Positions 1 to 9,784 of a DNA stretch of 64,000 bases are shown here, piece after piece. Source of the stretch: an uncultured delta proteobacterium (GTDB lineage Bacteria; Myxococcota; Myxococcia; Myxococcales; Anaeromyxobacteraceae); NCBI GenBank assembly GCA_963831265.1, contig CAWHPQ010000018.1, forward strand, positions 28,486 through 92,485, in the 5' to 3' direction. A model generated the notes under the pieces. That model was not told the DNA's origin, made no database searches, and saw nothing but the letters and a program-made list of their open reading frames with translations. The position numbers and the translations under genes are program-made. Numbering within the stretch: position 1 is the first letter of the stretch; each line of letters begins with the position of its first letter.

Positions 1-1
1 C

Positions 2-661
2 TCGCTCCGCTGCATGCCCCAGGTGCACGGGGCGGCCCGTGACGGCCTGGCCTTCTCCCGTGGCGTGCTCGCCCGCGAGGCCAACGCCGCCACCGACAAC
101 CCCCTCGTGTTCGCCGAGACCGGCGACATCGTCTCCGGCGGGAACTTCCACGGGCAGCCGGTCTCGCTCGCCCTCGACGTGATGGCCATCGCCGCCTCCC
201 ACCTCGCCACCATCTCGGAGCGCCGCGTGGAGCAGCTCGTGAACCCGATGCTCTCCGGGCTTCCACCCTTCCTGGCCCGCAACCCCGGCCTCGACTCCGG
301 GTACATGATCGCCCAGGTCACGAGCGCTGCGCTGGTCTCGGAGAACAAGGTGCTCGCACACCCGGCCAGCGTGGACTCCATCCCGTCGTCGGCCGGCCGG
401 GAGGACCACGTCTCGATGGGCATGACCGCCGCGCTCAAGGCCCGGTCCGTGGTGGAGAACGTCCGCACCTGCCTCGCCATCGAGATGCTGGTGGCGGCGC
501 AGGCGCTGGATTTGCGGCGGCCACTGCGTCCCGCGGCGCGGGTCGCCGAGGCCCATCGTCGCATCCGCGAGGTCGTGCCCCACCTCGACGAGGACCGGGA
601 ACTCCACCGGGACGTCTCGGCGGTGTGCCGGCTCGTCGACGACGGAGCGCTCGACCTGTAG
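2..661 (+). CDS. hutH: Histidine ammonia-lyase, C-terminal part (5' end outside the window)
   Basis: The frame of track ORF 14..661 is open to the window edge. The translation ([52 protein letters not shown]) matches the conserved C-terminal half of the HAL/PAL lyase family. Confidence 0.85.
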   Translation, partial: SLRCMPQVHGAARDGLAFSRGVLAREANAATDNPLVFAETGDIVSGGNFHGQPVSLALDVMAIAASHLATISERRVEQLVNPMLSGLPPFLARNPGLDSGYMIAQVTSAALVSENKVLAHPASVDSIPSSAGREDHVSMGMTAALKARSVVENVRTCLAIEMLVAAQALDLRRPLRPAARVAEAHRRIREVVPHLDEDRELHRDVSAVCRLVDDGALDL

Positions 662-668
662 GGACGGT

Positions 669-2060
669 CTACGCCACGGTGGGCGGGTGGAGACAGAGCG
701 CGTCGTTCAGTGCCGCCACCGCACGCTTGTAGTCGTCCCTCCCGATGACGAACTGGATGCTGGTCTGGCGGAGGGACTGGGAGACCGCGTTCACGTTGAT
801 CCGGTGCTCGGCAAGCGCCTGGGTGGCGCGGGCCAGCACGCCCGGGAAGGCGATGTTGGTGCCGATGGCGCAGACCATGGCCGACGGGACCACCGTGACC
901 GTCTCGTAGGCGTTCTCGAGCTCCTCGATGAAGGCCGGCGTCACCGCCTTGTCCCAGACCACCTGGGTGATCGAGTTCGCGTTGGTGGCCTTGAGGATGT
1001 AGGACACCGAGTGACGGCCGAAGATCTCCATGACCCGGGCGTCGAACCCGACGGTGCCCACCATGGACGGGTCGTGGATCTCGATGGCCGTGACCTTGGG
1101 GGACCCGGCGATGACCTCGATGCGCGCCTTCGTGCCCACGTACTCCTTGGTGATGAGCGTCCCCGGGTGGTCGGGCTCGAAGGTGTTCTTGAGGCGCAGC
1201 GGGATCGCCGCCAGCTCCATGGGCTTCGCGGCCTTGGGGTGGATGGCCTCCATCCCCACGTCGGCGAGCTGGTCGGCCACGTCGTAGTTGGTCATCCCGA
1301 CCAGCACGGTGTTCTTCGCGCCCACGATCTCCGGATCGGCCGAGGAGAGGTGGAACTCCTTGTGGATGATGGCCTCTGCCGGCCGGAGCTCGACGGCCAC
1401 CTTGCTGAAGGTGACCTCGGAGTACCCGCGGTCGAACTCCCGCATGATGCCCTCGATGCCCTTGGTGTAGCCGGTGACCACGACCACCTGCCCGGCCAGG
1501 TCCACGCCCTGGAACGACTTGTGGATGCGCTGGTCGATGGTCACCGGGTCGTCGTCGTCGAACCCGGACAGGTCGAGCAGCTGGGCCTTGTACCCCTTCG
1601 CCTGCAGGATGGCGACGCTGTTGAACGCGCTGTGGGCCTCACCGATGGCGGCGAGCATCTCCCGGGCGGCGAGGAGGACGTTCTCCCGGCGCAGGTAGCC
1701 GCTGGCCAGGACGTGGCGCATCGAGTCCAGGTAGGCGCGCAGCTCCCGCATCCGCCGGTCGAGGAAGTCGTCGGCCACGGCCACGTCGAGCCCGATCGAG
1801 GCGAATCCCGCGTTGATCTGCTTCAGCTTCCCGAGCAGGACGTCCAGCGCCGCATGGTAGTCGTCGCCGTGCGCGAACTTGGCGTAGATGCCCGGGGCAC
1901 CGGTCTTCTTGTTCTCGAGGAGGTCGTTGGTGACTCCGGCGTACGCGGAGACGATGTAGACGCGCCCGTACACCTTCGCCGGGTCGCGCAGCATGATGTT
2001 CGCGAGCACGTCGTCGAACTTCGTCATCGACGTGCCGCCGATCTTCTCTACGGTGATCAT
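669..2060 (-). CDS. ask: Aspartate kinase (about 463 aa form)
   Basis: An internal ATG at 2060 (in frame, codon 98 of track ORF 669..2351) gives MITVEKIGGTSM. This is an amino-acid-kinase N-terminus with ACT-like C-terminal repeats. The upstream 97 codons are Arg/Pro/Ser-rich shadow sequence. Confidence 0.9.
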   Translation of the reverse strand: MITVEKIGGTSMTKFDDVLANIMLRDPAKVYGRVYIVSAYAGVTNDLLENKKTGAPGIYAKFAHGDDYHAALDVLLGKLKQINAGFASIGLDVAVADDFLDRRMRELRAYLDSMRHVLASGYLRRENVLLAAREMLAAIGEAHSAFNSVAILQAKGYKAQLLDLSGFDDDDPVTIDQRIHKSFQGVDLAGQVVVVTGYTKGIEGIMREFDRGYSEVTFSKVAVELRPAEAIIHKEFHLSSADPEIVGAKNTVLVGMTNYDVADQLADVGMEAIHPKAAKPMELAAIPLRLKNTFEPDHPGTLITKEYVGTKARIEVIAGSPKVTAIEIHDPSMVGTVGFDARVMEIFGRHSVSYILKATNANSITQVVWDKAVTPAFIEELENAYETVTVVPSAMVCAIGTNIAFPGVLARATQALAEHRINVNAVSQSLRQTSIQFVIGRDDYKRAVAALNDALCLHPPTVA

Positions 2061-2097
2061 GGGTCCTGTCCGGGCGCTGGAGGAGCCGGAAAAGGAA

Positions 2098-3228
2098 TCA
2101 CGAAGCGAGGTCGGGGGCAAGCGCGACCCGCGGGGCGGCCTGGTTCGCGACGAGCCGGACCGCCCTGCGCAGACCGGCCCAGGGCAGGACTTCCAGCGCC
2201 TCGGTGGGTTCGAACCATCTCCACTCCCGATGTTCCTCGGAGAGGCGCGGCTCGAAACCATCGGGGAGCAGGGCCGCGAAGGCCGCCTCCTGCCCGGTGC
2301 AGAGCCCCTCACCGACCCGCCCGGCCTGCGCGGACCCGAGGGCGAATCCATGGACGTACCCGAGCGGGCGCACCGGGAGATCGGCCCCGATCTCCTCCTG
2401 CATCTCGCGACGGGCCGCGGCCTCCGGCGATTCCCCGGGCTCGATGCGTCCGGTCACCTGCTGCCAGAAACCGCCCCTCTCCTCCGTACGGCGAAGGAGG
2501 AGGACCTTTCCGTCGGCACGCACCGCGGTCACCGAGATGGTCCGGAGGTCGAACCCGCGATCCACCCGTTCCCGTTCCAGCACCTCGCAGAGGTGGACCG
2601 CCAGCCGCTCCTCGACCTGGGCCAGGGACGGCGCAGAACGCCCCGCACGCTTCAACTCGGCCGAGAGCGTCGTCACTCCCAGAGCGGGGTCGCCGATGCC
2701 GCAGGGAACGATGGCGCCGAAGTGACGGAGGTCGGAGTCGGCGTTGAAGGCGAGGCCGTGCGTGGAGATCCAGCGGGAGAGGTGAACGCCCACGGCCCCG
2801 ACCTTGCGCGCCCCGATCCAGGCCCCGCGGTGCTCGGGATGGCGGCCGGCCGGGATGGCCCAGTCGGCGCAGGCCCGGATCATGGCCTCCTCGAGAGCCC
2901 CCACGAACCTCCGGACGTCCGGCGTCGATGAGAGGTCGACGACCGGATAGGCCACCACCTGGCCGGGCCCGTGGTAGGTCACGTCCCCTCCCCGGTCGGA
3001 CTCGTGGAGCTCGAACCCGTTGGCCTCGAGCCAGGCCGGAGATGCGACCACGTTGCTCCCGTCGGCCCCTCTCCCCAGGGTGAGTACCGGCGGGTGCTCG
3101 AGCAGGAAGATCCAGTCGGCGTCGGGCTCGCGTGCGCGCACGCACCCTGCGGCGCGCCGCATCAGCTCGAGGCCGTCGGCGTACTCCACCCGGCCGAGCT
3201 TGTGGACCCGGATCTTCCGCACGCCCAC
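2098..3228 (-). CDS. lipB: Octanoyltransferase LipB fused to a C-terminal Nudix hydrolase domain
   Basis: Residues 1 to about 215 carry LipB motifs (RGGDVTYHGPGQ, KVGAVGVH, PCGI). Residues about 225-360 carry a complete Nudix box, GRIEPGESPEAAARREMQEEIGA. Confidence 0.85.
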   Translation of the reverse strand: MGVRKIRVHKLGRVEYADGLELMRRAAGCVRAREPDADWIFLLEHPPVLTLGRGADGSNVVASPAWLEANGFELHESDRGGDVTYHGPGQVVAYPVVDLSSTPDVRRFVGALEEAMIRACADWAIPAGRHPEHRGAWIGARKVGAVGVHLSRWISTHGLAFNADSDLRHFGAIVPCGIGDPALGVTTLSAELKRAGRSAPSLAQVEERLAVHLCEVLERERVDRGFDLRTISVTAVRADGKVLLLRRTEERGGFWQQVTGRIEPGESPEAAARREMQEEIGADLPVRPLGYVHGFALGSAQAGRVGEGLCTGQEAAFAALLPDGFEPRLSEEHREWRWFEPTEALEVLPWAGLRRAVRLVANQAAPRVALAPDLAS

Positions 3229-3230
3229 CC

Positions 3231-4676
3231 CTAGCCCTGGGCCGGAGTCCCGGTCTTCTCGCGGCGGGGGCGCTCCGGCCGGTTGATGGCGTGGATCGCC
3301 TCCCCGAGGGCCGCCTTCGAGGCCTCCATGAAGGCCTCGGCGAGGGTCGGGTGGGCGTGGACCGTCAGGGCGACGTCCTCCACGTAGGCCCCCATCTCCA
3401 GGGCCAGGGTGGCCTCCGCGATCAGGTCGGAGGCCTCCGGGCCCACCATGGTGACCCCCAGGAGGATCTTCGAATCCCGGTCGGCGATCACCTTCACGAA
3501 TCCCTCGGTGTGGTCGATGGCGATGGCGCGACCCAGGGCCGCGAAGGCGAACTTGCCCACGAGCGGGTCGAGGCCCCGGGCCCGCGCCTGCTCCTCGGAT
3601 AGCCCCGTCGTCGACACTTCCGGATCGGTGAAGATTGCGCTGGGCATGGCCACCCAGTCCCGCGCGGACCTGTGGCCGGCGATCACCTCGGCGGCGATCT
3701 CCCCCTCCTTGGACGCCTTGTGGGCGAGGAACGGGGGACCGACGATGTCCCCGATGGCGAACACCGAGGGAGCGGAGCTCCGCAGCTGATCGTCGACCTG
3801 GACGTATCCCTTGGCGTCGAGATTCACCCCGGCCGCCTCGAGCCCGAGCCCCTCGGTGTTGGGCCGGAACCCCACCGCCACGAGCACCTTGTCGGCCGGG
3901 ATGGTCTGCTCCTTCCCGTCCACCTCGATCCGCACCGAGAGCGCGCCGCCGGATGTCTCCATTCCCCTGGCCTTGGCGTTCAGGTGAACGTCCACGCCCC
4001 GCTGCCGGAGCCCCTTCTGGACGATTCGCACCGCCTCCGGGTCCACCCCGGTGAGCAGCGCGGGCAACGCCTCGACGATGGTCACCTTGGACCCCAGCTT
4101 GGCGTAGACGGTGCCGAGCTCGAGGCCGATCACCCCACCTCCGATGACGACCAGCCGGGCCGGGACCTCCGGGAGGTCGAGGGCCTCGCGCGCCGACCAG
4201 ACGTCCTTCCCGAAGGCGAAGCCGGGGATGGCGATGGGGCGAGCCCCGGTCGAGACGATGAACGCCGGGGCCTCGATGCGGGTCTTCTCGCCGCCGGACT
4301 CGACCTCCACGGCGTTCGGGCCGACGAAGGTGGCCGTGCCCTTCAGCACCTCCACGCCGTTCCCCTTCTCGAGGGCACCGACCCCGCCGACGAGCTTCTT
4401 CACCACGCCCTCCTTGAAGGCGCGCAGCTTCGCGACGTCCACCTTGGGCTCCGAGACCAGGATGCCGCGCTCGGCCGCGCCCCGGATCTCGTCGACCAGG
4501 TTTCCGACCGCGATGAAGGCCTTGGAGGGGATGCAGCCCCAGTTCAGGCAGACTCCGCCGAGCGACTCCCTCTCGACGAGCGCCGTCCTCTTGCCCAGCT
4601 GCGCGAGGCGGATCGCCGCCACGTACCCTCCGGGTCCCGCACCGATCACCACCGCGTCGAAGACCTTTGTCGTCAT
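3231..4676 (-). CDS. lpd: Dihydrolipoyl dehydrogenase (E3)
   Basis: ATG at 4676 inside the 1390-aa track ORF. It has the FAD fold VVIGAGPGGY, the redox disulfide GGVCLNWGCIPSK and the C-terminal HAHPTL motif. Confidence 0.93.
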   Translation of the reverse strand: MTTKVFDAVVIGAGPGGYVAAIRLAQLGKRTALVERESLGGVCLNWGCIPSKAFIAVGNLVDEIRGAAERGILVSEPKVDVAKLRAFKEGVVKKLVGGVGALEKGNGVEVLKGTATFVGPNAVEVESGGEKTRIEAPAFIVSTGARPIAIPGFAFGKDVWSAREALDLPEVPARLVVIGGGVIGLELGTVYAKLGSKVTIVEALPALLTGVDPEAVRIVQKGLRQRGVDVHLNAKARGMETSGGALSVRIEVDGKEQTIPADKVLVAVGFRPNTEGLGLEAAGVNLDAKGYVQVDDQLRSSAPSVFAIGDIVGPPFLAHKASKEGEIAAEVIAGHRSARDWVAMPSAIFTDPEVSTTGLSEEQARARGLDPLVGKFAFAALGRAIAIDHTEGFVKVIADRDSKILLGVTMVGPEASDLIAEATLALEMGAYVEDVALTVHAHPTLAEAFMEASKAALGEAIHAINRPERPRREKTGTPAQG

Positions 4677-4690
4677 CCGGTTCTCCTGGT

Positions 4691-5548
4691 TCAGCTGGAT
4701 ATATCGCGCTTTCGCCGCCTCGCCCGTTCGGCGTTGGCGAGGACCCGAGGGGTACGCGGGACGACCCCGCAGAGGTCCTGGACGACCACCGCCGCGGCGA
4801 CGAGGCCGAAGACGCCCGTCACGAATGCAACGCTCCCGTAGCACCGGGGATCCCGTCGCCTCTCCCCCGCGGGCCGGGCGCGGGTCCCTGGGATGCCCTC
4901 CTCGTCCCCCGGCATGGCGATCGTCTCCCGCGGCTCCTCGACCGACCAGACCGCCTTCACCCCCAGAGGGGCGGTCCCCGAGATGGCGTGCCGGCGGCGG
5001 AGGTACTTCCGAACGTCCTTGGCGAGCTGATCGGTGTGGGTCTCGCAGAGGTCGGTCACCTGTACCGCCGTGGGGTCGATGCGCCGGGCCGCTCCCAGCG
5101 CCGTCACCACCGGAATGCCGAGGTCGAGACAGCGGGCGATCACGTGCAGCTTCGCCACGACGGTGTCCATCGCGTCGACGACGTAGGAGGCTCCGGAGGG
5201 GACGAGGGACTCGGCCGTCCCGGTTCCGTAAGGAAGGCAGGCCGCCTCCACCGCGGTTCCCGGCGCGATCCGGCGAAGGCGCTCGGCCACCGCGTCGGCC
5301 TTGAAGAGGCCGAAGTTGCCGTCGAGGGCATGGAGTTGCCGGTTCGCGTTGGTCTCGTCCACCCGCTCCCCGTCCACGAGGGTGAGCTTTCCCACCCCGG
5401 CTCGCGCCAGCGCCTCGGCCGCGAAGGAGCCCACGCCTCCCAGTCCCAGCACCACGACGTGGGCCGACGCGAGCCGCTCGACGGCCTCGAGCCCGAGGAG
5501 GCGCGCGTTGCGGTCCGTGCGCGGGGTCGGCTTCCGGGAAGCGCTCAC
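4691..5548 (-). CDS. tcdA: ThiF/MoeB-family protein, tRNA threonylcarbamoyladenosine dehydratase-like
   Basis: Dinucleotide loop VVVLGLGGVGS, NRQ motif, and a hydrophobic C-terminal segment typical of TcdA/CsdL-type E1-like enzymes. Confidence 0.8.
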   Translation of the reverse strand: MSASRKPTPRTDRNARLLGLEAVERLASAHVVVLGLGGVGSFAAEALARAGVGKLTLVDGERVDETNANRQLHALDGNFGLFKADAVAERLRRIAPGTAVEAACLPYGTGTAESLVPSGASYVVDAMDTVVAKLHVIARCLDLGIPVVTALGAARRIDPTAVQVTDLCETHTDQLAKDVRKYLRRRHAISGTAPLGVKAVWSVEEPRETIAMPGDEEGIPGTRARPAGERRRDPRCYGSVAFVTGVFGLVAAAVVVQDLCGVVPRTPRVLANAERARRRKRDISS

Positions 5549-5551
5549 GGG

Positions 5552-6337
5552 TCAGGCCGGTGAGAGCCGCAGGAACCGCCGTGCGTTCCCGGTCGTGATC
5601 CGGTCGAGGTCGGAGGGCGAGGACCCGAGTGCTCGTGCGACCGCCTCGAGGACCAGCGGAAGGTACGAGGGCTCGTTCCGCGTGCCGCGATGCGGGTGCG
5701 GGGTCTGGTCGGGAGCGTCGGTCTCCAGGAGGAGGCGATCGAGCGGAACCACCCGCGCAGCCGCGACCGGCTTCCGAACGGCCTCGTAGGTGACCGGCCC
5801 GGCGAACGAGAAGTGGAGACCCAGCGCGACGAACGGAGGAACCTGCTCGGCGCTCCCCGAGAAGCTGTGCAGCACACCACCGGACGGGATCCCGTCCCGC
5901 TCCAGCTCCTCCCGCATGGCGTCGTGCGCCCGGAGCGAGTGGAGGAGCACGGGCAGACCCAGCTTGCGGGCGATGTGGAGGTGCCCGCGGAGCACCGAAC
6001 GCTGCCGGTCGAGCGGAACGCCGGCGCCGGCGGTCGGACCGTCGAGGCCACACTCCCCCACTGCCACCGGACCGCCTCGGCCGATGAGCCCCTCCAGATC
6101 GGCCAGGTGCCGGTCGTCGTCGGACGGATCGATGTCCATTAGCGCCTGCGGGTGGATGCCCAGGGCGGCGTGGACGCCCGGGTCGCCGGCGGAGAGCGCG
6201 AGGAGCCGCTCCCACCCATCCGGACCCACCGCCGGGACCACCACGTCGGTGACCCCTGCGCAACGTGCGCGCAGGAGGACGGCGTCCCGGTCGGCGTCGA
6301 AGGCGGGGCCGTCGAGGTGGCAGTGGGTGTCGATCAC
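5552..6337 (-). CDS. tatD: TatD-family metal-dependent hydrolase/DNase
   Basis: N-terminal MIDTHCHLD, internal LPVLLHS and C-terminal LLETDAP motifs of the TatD amidohydrolase-fold family. Confidence 0.85.
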   Translation of the reverse strand: MIDTHCHLDGPAFDADRDAVLLRARCAGVTDVVVPAVGPDGWERLLALSAGDPGVHAALGIHPQALMDIDPSDDDRHLADLEGLIGRGGPVAVGECGLDGPTAGAGVPLDRQRSVLRGHLHIARKLGLPVLLHSLRAHDAMREELERDGIPSGGVLHSFSGSAEQVPPFVALGLHFSFAGPVTYEAVRKPVAAARVVPLDRLLLETDAPDQTPHPHRGTRNEPSYLPLVLEAVARALGSSPSDLDRITTGNARRFLRLSPA

Positions 6338-6340
6338 CCT

Positions 6341-7582
6341 CTACACCGTGTGGAGGAAGAGAAGGGCCGGGTCCTCGAGGTTCCGGATCACCTCGTAGGT
6401 GAACGCGGCCGCCTCGGTGCCGTCGACCACGCGGTGGTCGCTGGTCAGGGACAGGTACATCACGTCCCGCACCACCACCTGCCCGTTCCGCACCACCGGC
6501 GTGGGGCGGATGCGGTGCACGCCCAGGATGGCCACCTCGGGGAAGTTGATCACGGGAGTGGCGAACATGCCGCCCAGCGCTCCCAGGCTGGTGACCGTGA
6601 AGGTCGAGCTCCCCACGTCCTCCGGGCGGAGCCTGCCGGCCCGGCTGTCGGCCCCGAGCCGCTCGATCTCTCGCGCCAGGTCGACGATGGATCGACGGTC
6701 GGCGTGGCGGACCACCGGGACGGTCAGCCCCTGTTCCGTGGAGGCCGCGAAGCCAAGATCGTACCAGCGCTTCCTGTGGATCTCGCCCCGCTCCTCGTCG
6801 AAGGACGCGTTGAGCTGGGGAAACTTGCGCAGCGCGGCAACGGCCGCCTTGAACACGAAGGGCAGGAAGGTGACCTTCACGCCCTCGGTCGAGGCGGCCC
6901 GGGCCATCCGCTCCTTCATGGCCACGAGCTCGGTCGCGTCGACCTGCTCGACGAAGGTGAAATGGGCCGCCGTCCGCTTGGAGAGCGCCATCTTCTCGAC
7001 GATGCGCCGGCGCAGGCCCCGGACCGGGACGACCTCGACGGGTTCCCGTTCCTCCGCCCTCGCGGACGGGTCGACCAGCCTGGAAACGCCCGGCTGCTCC
7101 TGGCCGTTCGCGCCGGACCGGGCACGAACGTCGTCCTTCGTGACCCGGCCCCCCGGCCCGGTGGGCGGTACCCCCTGGATGTCGACGCCGAGCTGTCGGG
7201 CGAGCGCCCGGACGGCCGGGGCGGCGAGTGCCTTCCCGGAGGTCGCGGCCGGTGCGAGCCCTGTCGCGGCGCGGCTGGTCACCTCCGGCACGGCGGACCC
7301 CGGCACGGGACCGGGAACGGCCGGAGACGCCTCGGCAGCACCGCCCTCGAGCTCCAGCTCGACGAGTGCGTGGTGGACCCGGGCCACGTCCCCTTCCTTC
7401 CACAGGAGTCGCGTCACCGTCCCGCGCTTGGGCGACGGGATGGTCACGGTGGCCTTGTCGGTCATCACCTCGGCGATCGGCTGATCCTCGACCACGGCGT
7501 CACCGGGCTTCACGAACCACTTGAGGATCTCGGCCTCGACGACCCCCTCGCCGATGTCGGGCAGCAGGAACTGGTAGGCCAT
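6341..7582 (-). CDS. bkdB: Dihydrolipoamide acyltransferase (E2) of a 2-oxoacid dehydrogenase complex
   Basis: ATG at 7582 (in frame in track ORF 6341..8932). It has one lipoyl domain (EVMTDKATVTIPSP), an Ala/Pro linker, a subunit-binding domain (AAPAVRALARQLGVDI) and a catalytic domain with DHRVVDG. Confidence 0.9.
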   Translation of the reverse strand: MAYQFLLPDIGEGVVEAEILKWFVKPGDAVVEDQPIAEVMTDKATVTIPSPKRGTVTRLLWKEGDVARVHHALVELELEGGAAEASPAVPGPVPGSAVPEVTSRAATGLAPAATSGKALAAPAVRALARQLGVDIQGVPPTGPGGRVTKDDVRARSGANGQEQPGVSRLVDPSARAEEREPVEVVPVRGLRRRIVEKMALSKRTAAHFTFVEQVDATELVAMKERMARAASTEGVKVTFLPFVFKAAVAALRKFPQLNASFDEERGEIHRKRWYDLGFAASTEQGLTVPVVRHADRRSIVDLAREIERLGADSRAGRLRPEDVGSSTFTVTSLGALGGMFATPVINFPEVAILGVHRIRPTPVVRNGQVVVRDVMYLSLTSDHRVVDGTEAAAFTYEVIRNLEDPALLFLHTV

Positions 7583-7602
7583 GTCTCCCCTTCCTGGGAC
7601 GG

Positions 7603-8577
7603 CTAGAAGGCGACCACCTCGCGGATGGCCTTCAGGATGCGCGGTGCGCGCGGCAGGTACTCGCTCTCCAGCGTGTAGGGAAACGGCGTGTCGAAGCCGG
7701 TGACGCGGGTCACCGGTGCCTCCAGGTGGAGGAAGCAGCGCTCCTGGATGAGCGCCGAGATCTCGGCGCCGAAGCCGCAGGTCCGCGGCGCCTCGTGGAC
7801 GATCACGGCGCGGCCGGTCTTGCGCACCGAGTCCGCGATGGCGTCGACGTCGAGCGGCTGCAGGGAGCGCAGGTCGAGCACCTCCGCCTCGATGCCGATC
7901 GAGGCAGCTTCCTTCGCCGCCTGGTCGGCCTCGTGCCACATGGCGCCCCAGGCGATCACGGTGACGTGGCGACCCTCCCGCGTGACCTTGGCCTTGCCGA
8001 GGGGGACGAGCACCTCGCCGGCCGGGACCTCCCCCTTGGCGGCACGGTAGACCCGCTTCGGCTCGAAGAAGAGCACCGGGTCGGGATCCCGGATGGCGGA
8101 GGTGAGGAGACCCTTGGCGTCGAGCGGGTTCGAGGGGACGACGACCTTCAGCCCGGCGGTGTGGATGAAATGGGCCTCCGGAGACTGGGAGTGGTAGTGC
8201 CCGCCGCGGATCCCGCCGCCGTAGGGCGTCCGGATCACCATGGGGCAGGCGTACTGCCCTCCCGAGCGGTACCGGTACTTGGCCACCTCGCTCAGGATCT
8301 GGTCCATGGCCGGGAAGATGAAGTCGGCGAACTGGATCTCGGGAACGGGCTTCAACCCGTAGAGCGCCATCCCCAGCGCAGTCCCGATGACGCCGCTCTC
8401 GGCGAGCGGCGTGTCGATGACGCGCTCCTTTCCGAACTCCTCCTGAAGTCCCTGGCTGGCGCGGAACACCCCGCCGAACTTGCCCACGTCCTCGCCCAGG
8501 ACCACGACGTCCCGGTCGCGCCGCATCTCGAGCTTGAGCGCGTCGTTCACCGCCTGGATGATGTTCATCGTCGGCAT
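7603..8577 (-). CDS. bkdA2: 2-oxoacid dehydrogenase E1 component, beta subunit
   Basis: A full-length 324-aa ORF with the transketolase-like pyrimidine-binding and C-terminal domains of heterotetrameric E1 beta subunits (VIDTPLAESGVIG, FEPKRVYR). Confidence 0.92.
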   Translation of the reverse strand: MPTMNIIQAVNDALKLEMRRDRDVVVLGEDVGKFGGVFRASQGLQEEFGKERVIDTPLAESGVIGTALGMALYGLKPVPEIQFADFIFPAMDQILSEVAKYRYRSGGQYACPMVIRTPYGGGIRGGHYHSQSPEAHFIHTAGLKVVVPSNPLDAKGLLTSAIRDPDPVLFFEPKRVYRAAKGEVPAGEVLVPLGKAKVTREGRHVTVIAWGAMWHEADQAAKEAASIGIEAEVLDLRSLQPLDVDAIADSVRKTGRAVIVHEAPRTCGFGAEISALIQERCFLHLEAPVTRVTGFDTPFPYTLESEYLPRAPRILKAIREVVAF

Positions 8578-8586
8578 GGCGCACCG

Positions 8587-9774
8587 CTACCTGGGGCTCG
8601 CCGTCCGCGGATCGGCAGCCACTGCCGCGCGCAGCTCCTCGAGCTGCTCCCGCTGCTGCCAGAGCGGCTCCGCGTAGACGCCTTCGAAGAGGGTCTCGAG
8701 GGCCGGCCGGGGTGCGAAGGCCTCGGCCTCCTCGACGGCGCGACGCACCTGCTCCCGGGCCTCGGTCCGGAACGCGTCCGTCTCCTTGGGCCCCACGAGC
8801 TTCCTCCAGCCCAGGTACCGGGCAAGCCGGAGGATGGGATCGCGTGCCCGCCAGGGCTCCACCTCCTCCGCCGAACGGTAGGCGCGCGGGTCGTCCGACG
8901 TGGAGTGCCCCTCGACCCGGTAGGTCACGCACTCGAGCAGGGTGGCGCCCTGTCCGGCCGAGGCGCGCTCCCGGGCCCGCCGGGTGGCGGCGTGCACCGC
9001 GAGCAGGTCGTTCCCGTCCACACGCTCACCGTGGATGCCGTAGGCGATGGCCTTCTGGGCGATGGTCTCCGACGCGGTCTGCAGCTCCCGGGGAACGCTG
9101 ATGGCCCAACCGTTGTTGCGGCAGGCGAGGATGACCGGGACCTTGTGGACGCCCGCGAAGTTGGCGCCGGTGTGGAAGTCGTTCGCGCTCGTGGCGCCCT
9201 CCCCGAACCAGGTGAGCGCCACCATGTCGTCACCGCGGATGCGGGCAGCCCAGGCGGCTCCGACCGCCTGGGGAACCTGCGTGGCGATGGGAGCGCTGAT
9301 CGAGACGAACCGGCCGGGGGCCCAGGCCTCGTGGCAGGGCATCTGGTGTCCGAGCATGCGGTCCCCGGCATTCCCCAGCAGGTCGCACACGAACGTGGCG
9401 AGCGGCATCCCCCGGTAGAGCGCTCCGGCGTGCTCCCGGTACGAGGGGAAGAGCCAGTCCCGGTCCTCCATGCCCGACACCGTGCCGAGGACCGTCGCCT
9501 CCTCCCCGATGGCGCCGATGTAGAAGGCGATGCGCCCCTGGCGCTGCAACTGCACCATTCGCTCGTCCACCTCCCGGGAGAGCAGCATGGAGCGGTAGAG
9601 TCCCACGGCCTGCTCGTCGGAGACCGTGACCTCGGCGGGATCGGCCGACCCGTCGTCCGCGATCACGGTCCGCAGCGGGAACTCGCGCTCCCACCGCCCG
9701 CGCTCCGGATCGGAGGCCGGGAGGCTTCCCTTGCGCCTTCTCGCCTCCTCGATGTCGCGCACTCGTCGCATCAC
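8587..9774 (-). CDS. bkdA1: 2-oxoacid dehydrogenase E1 component, alpha subunit (branched-chain type)
   Basis: TPP-binding E1 alpha. The loop YRVEGHSTSDDPRAYR resembles the branched-chain 2-oxoacid dehydrogenase signature rather than the pyruvate dehydrogenase YRYHGHSMSDP. Confidence 0.88.
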   Translation of the reverse strand: MMRRVRDIEEARRRKGSLPASDPERGRWEREFPLRTVIADDGSADPAEVTVSDEQAVGLYRSMLLSREVDERMVQLQRQGRIAFYIGAIGEEATVLGTVSGMEDRDWLFPSYREHAGALYRGMPLATFVCDLLGNAGDRMLGHQMPCHEAWAPGRFVSISAPIATQVPQAVGAAWAARIRGDDMVALTWFGEGATSANDFHTGANFAGVHKVPVILACRNNGWAISVPRELQTASETIAQKAIAYGIHGERVDGNDLLAVHAATRRARERASAGQGATLLECVTYRVEGHSTSDDPRAYRSAEEVEPWRARDPILRLARYLGWRKLVGPKETDAFRTEAREQVRRAVEEAEAFAPRPALETLFEGVYAEPLWQQREQLEELRAAVAADPRTASPR

Positions 9775-9784
9775 TCAACCTCCG

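Noticed and set aside
3231-7403. 1390-aa track ORF on the minus strand spanning lpd, tcdA, tatD and part of E2
   Set aside because: Only the last 481 codons (from ATG 4676) are dihydrolipoyl dehydrogenase. The upstream 900 codons are Arg/Gly/Pro-rich shadow sequence lying out of frame over three well-supported genes. This is a typical stop-poor frame of a high-GC genome.
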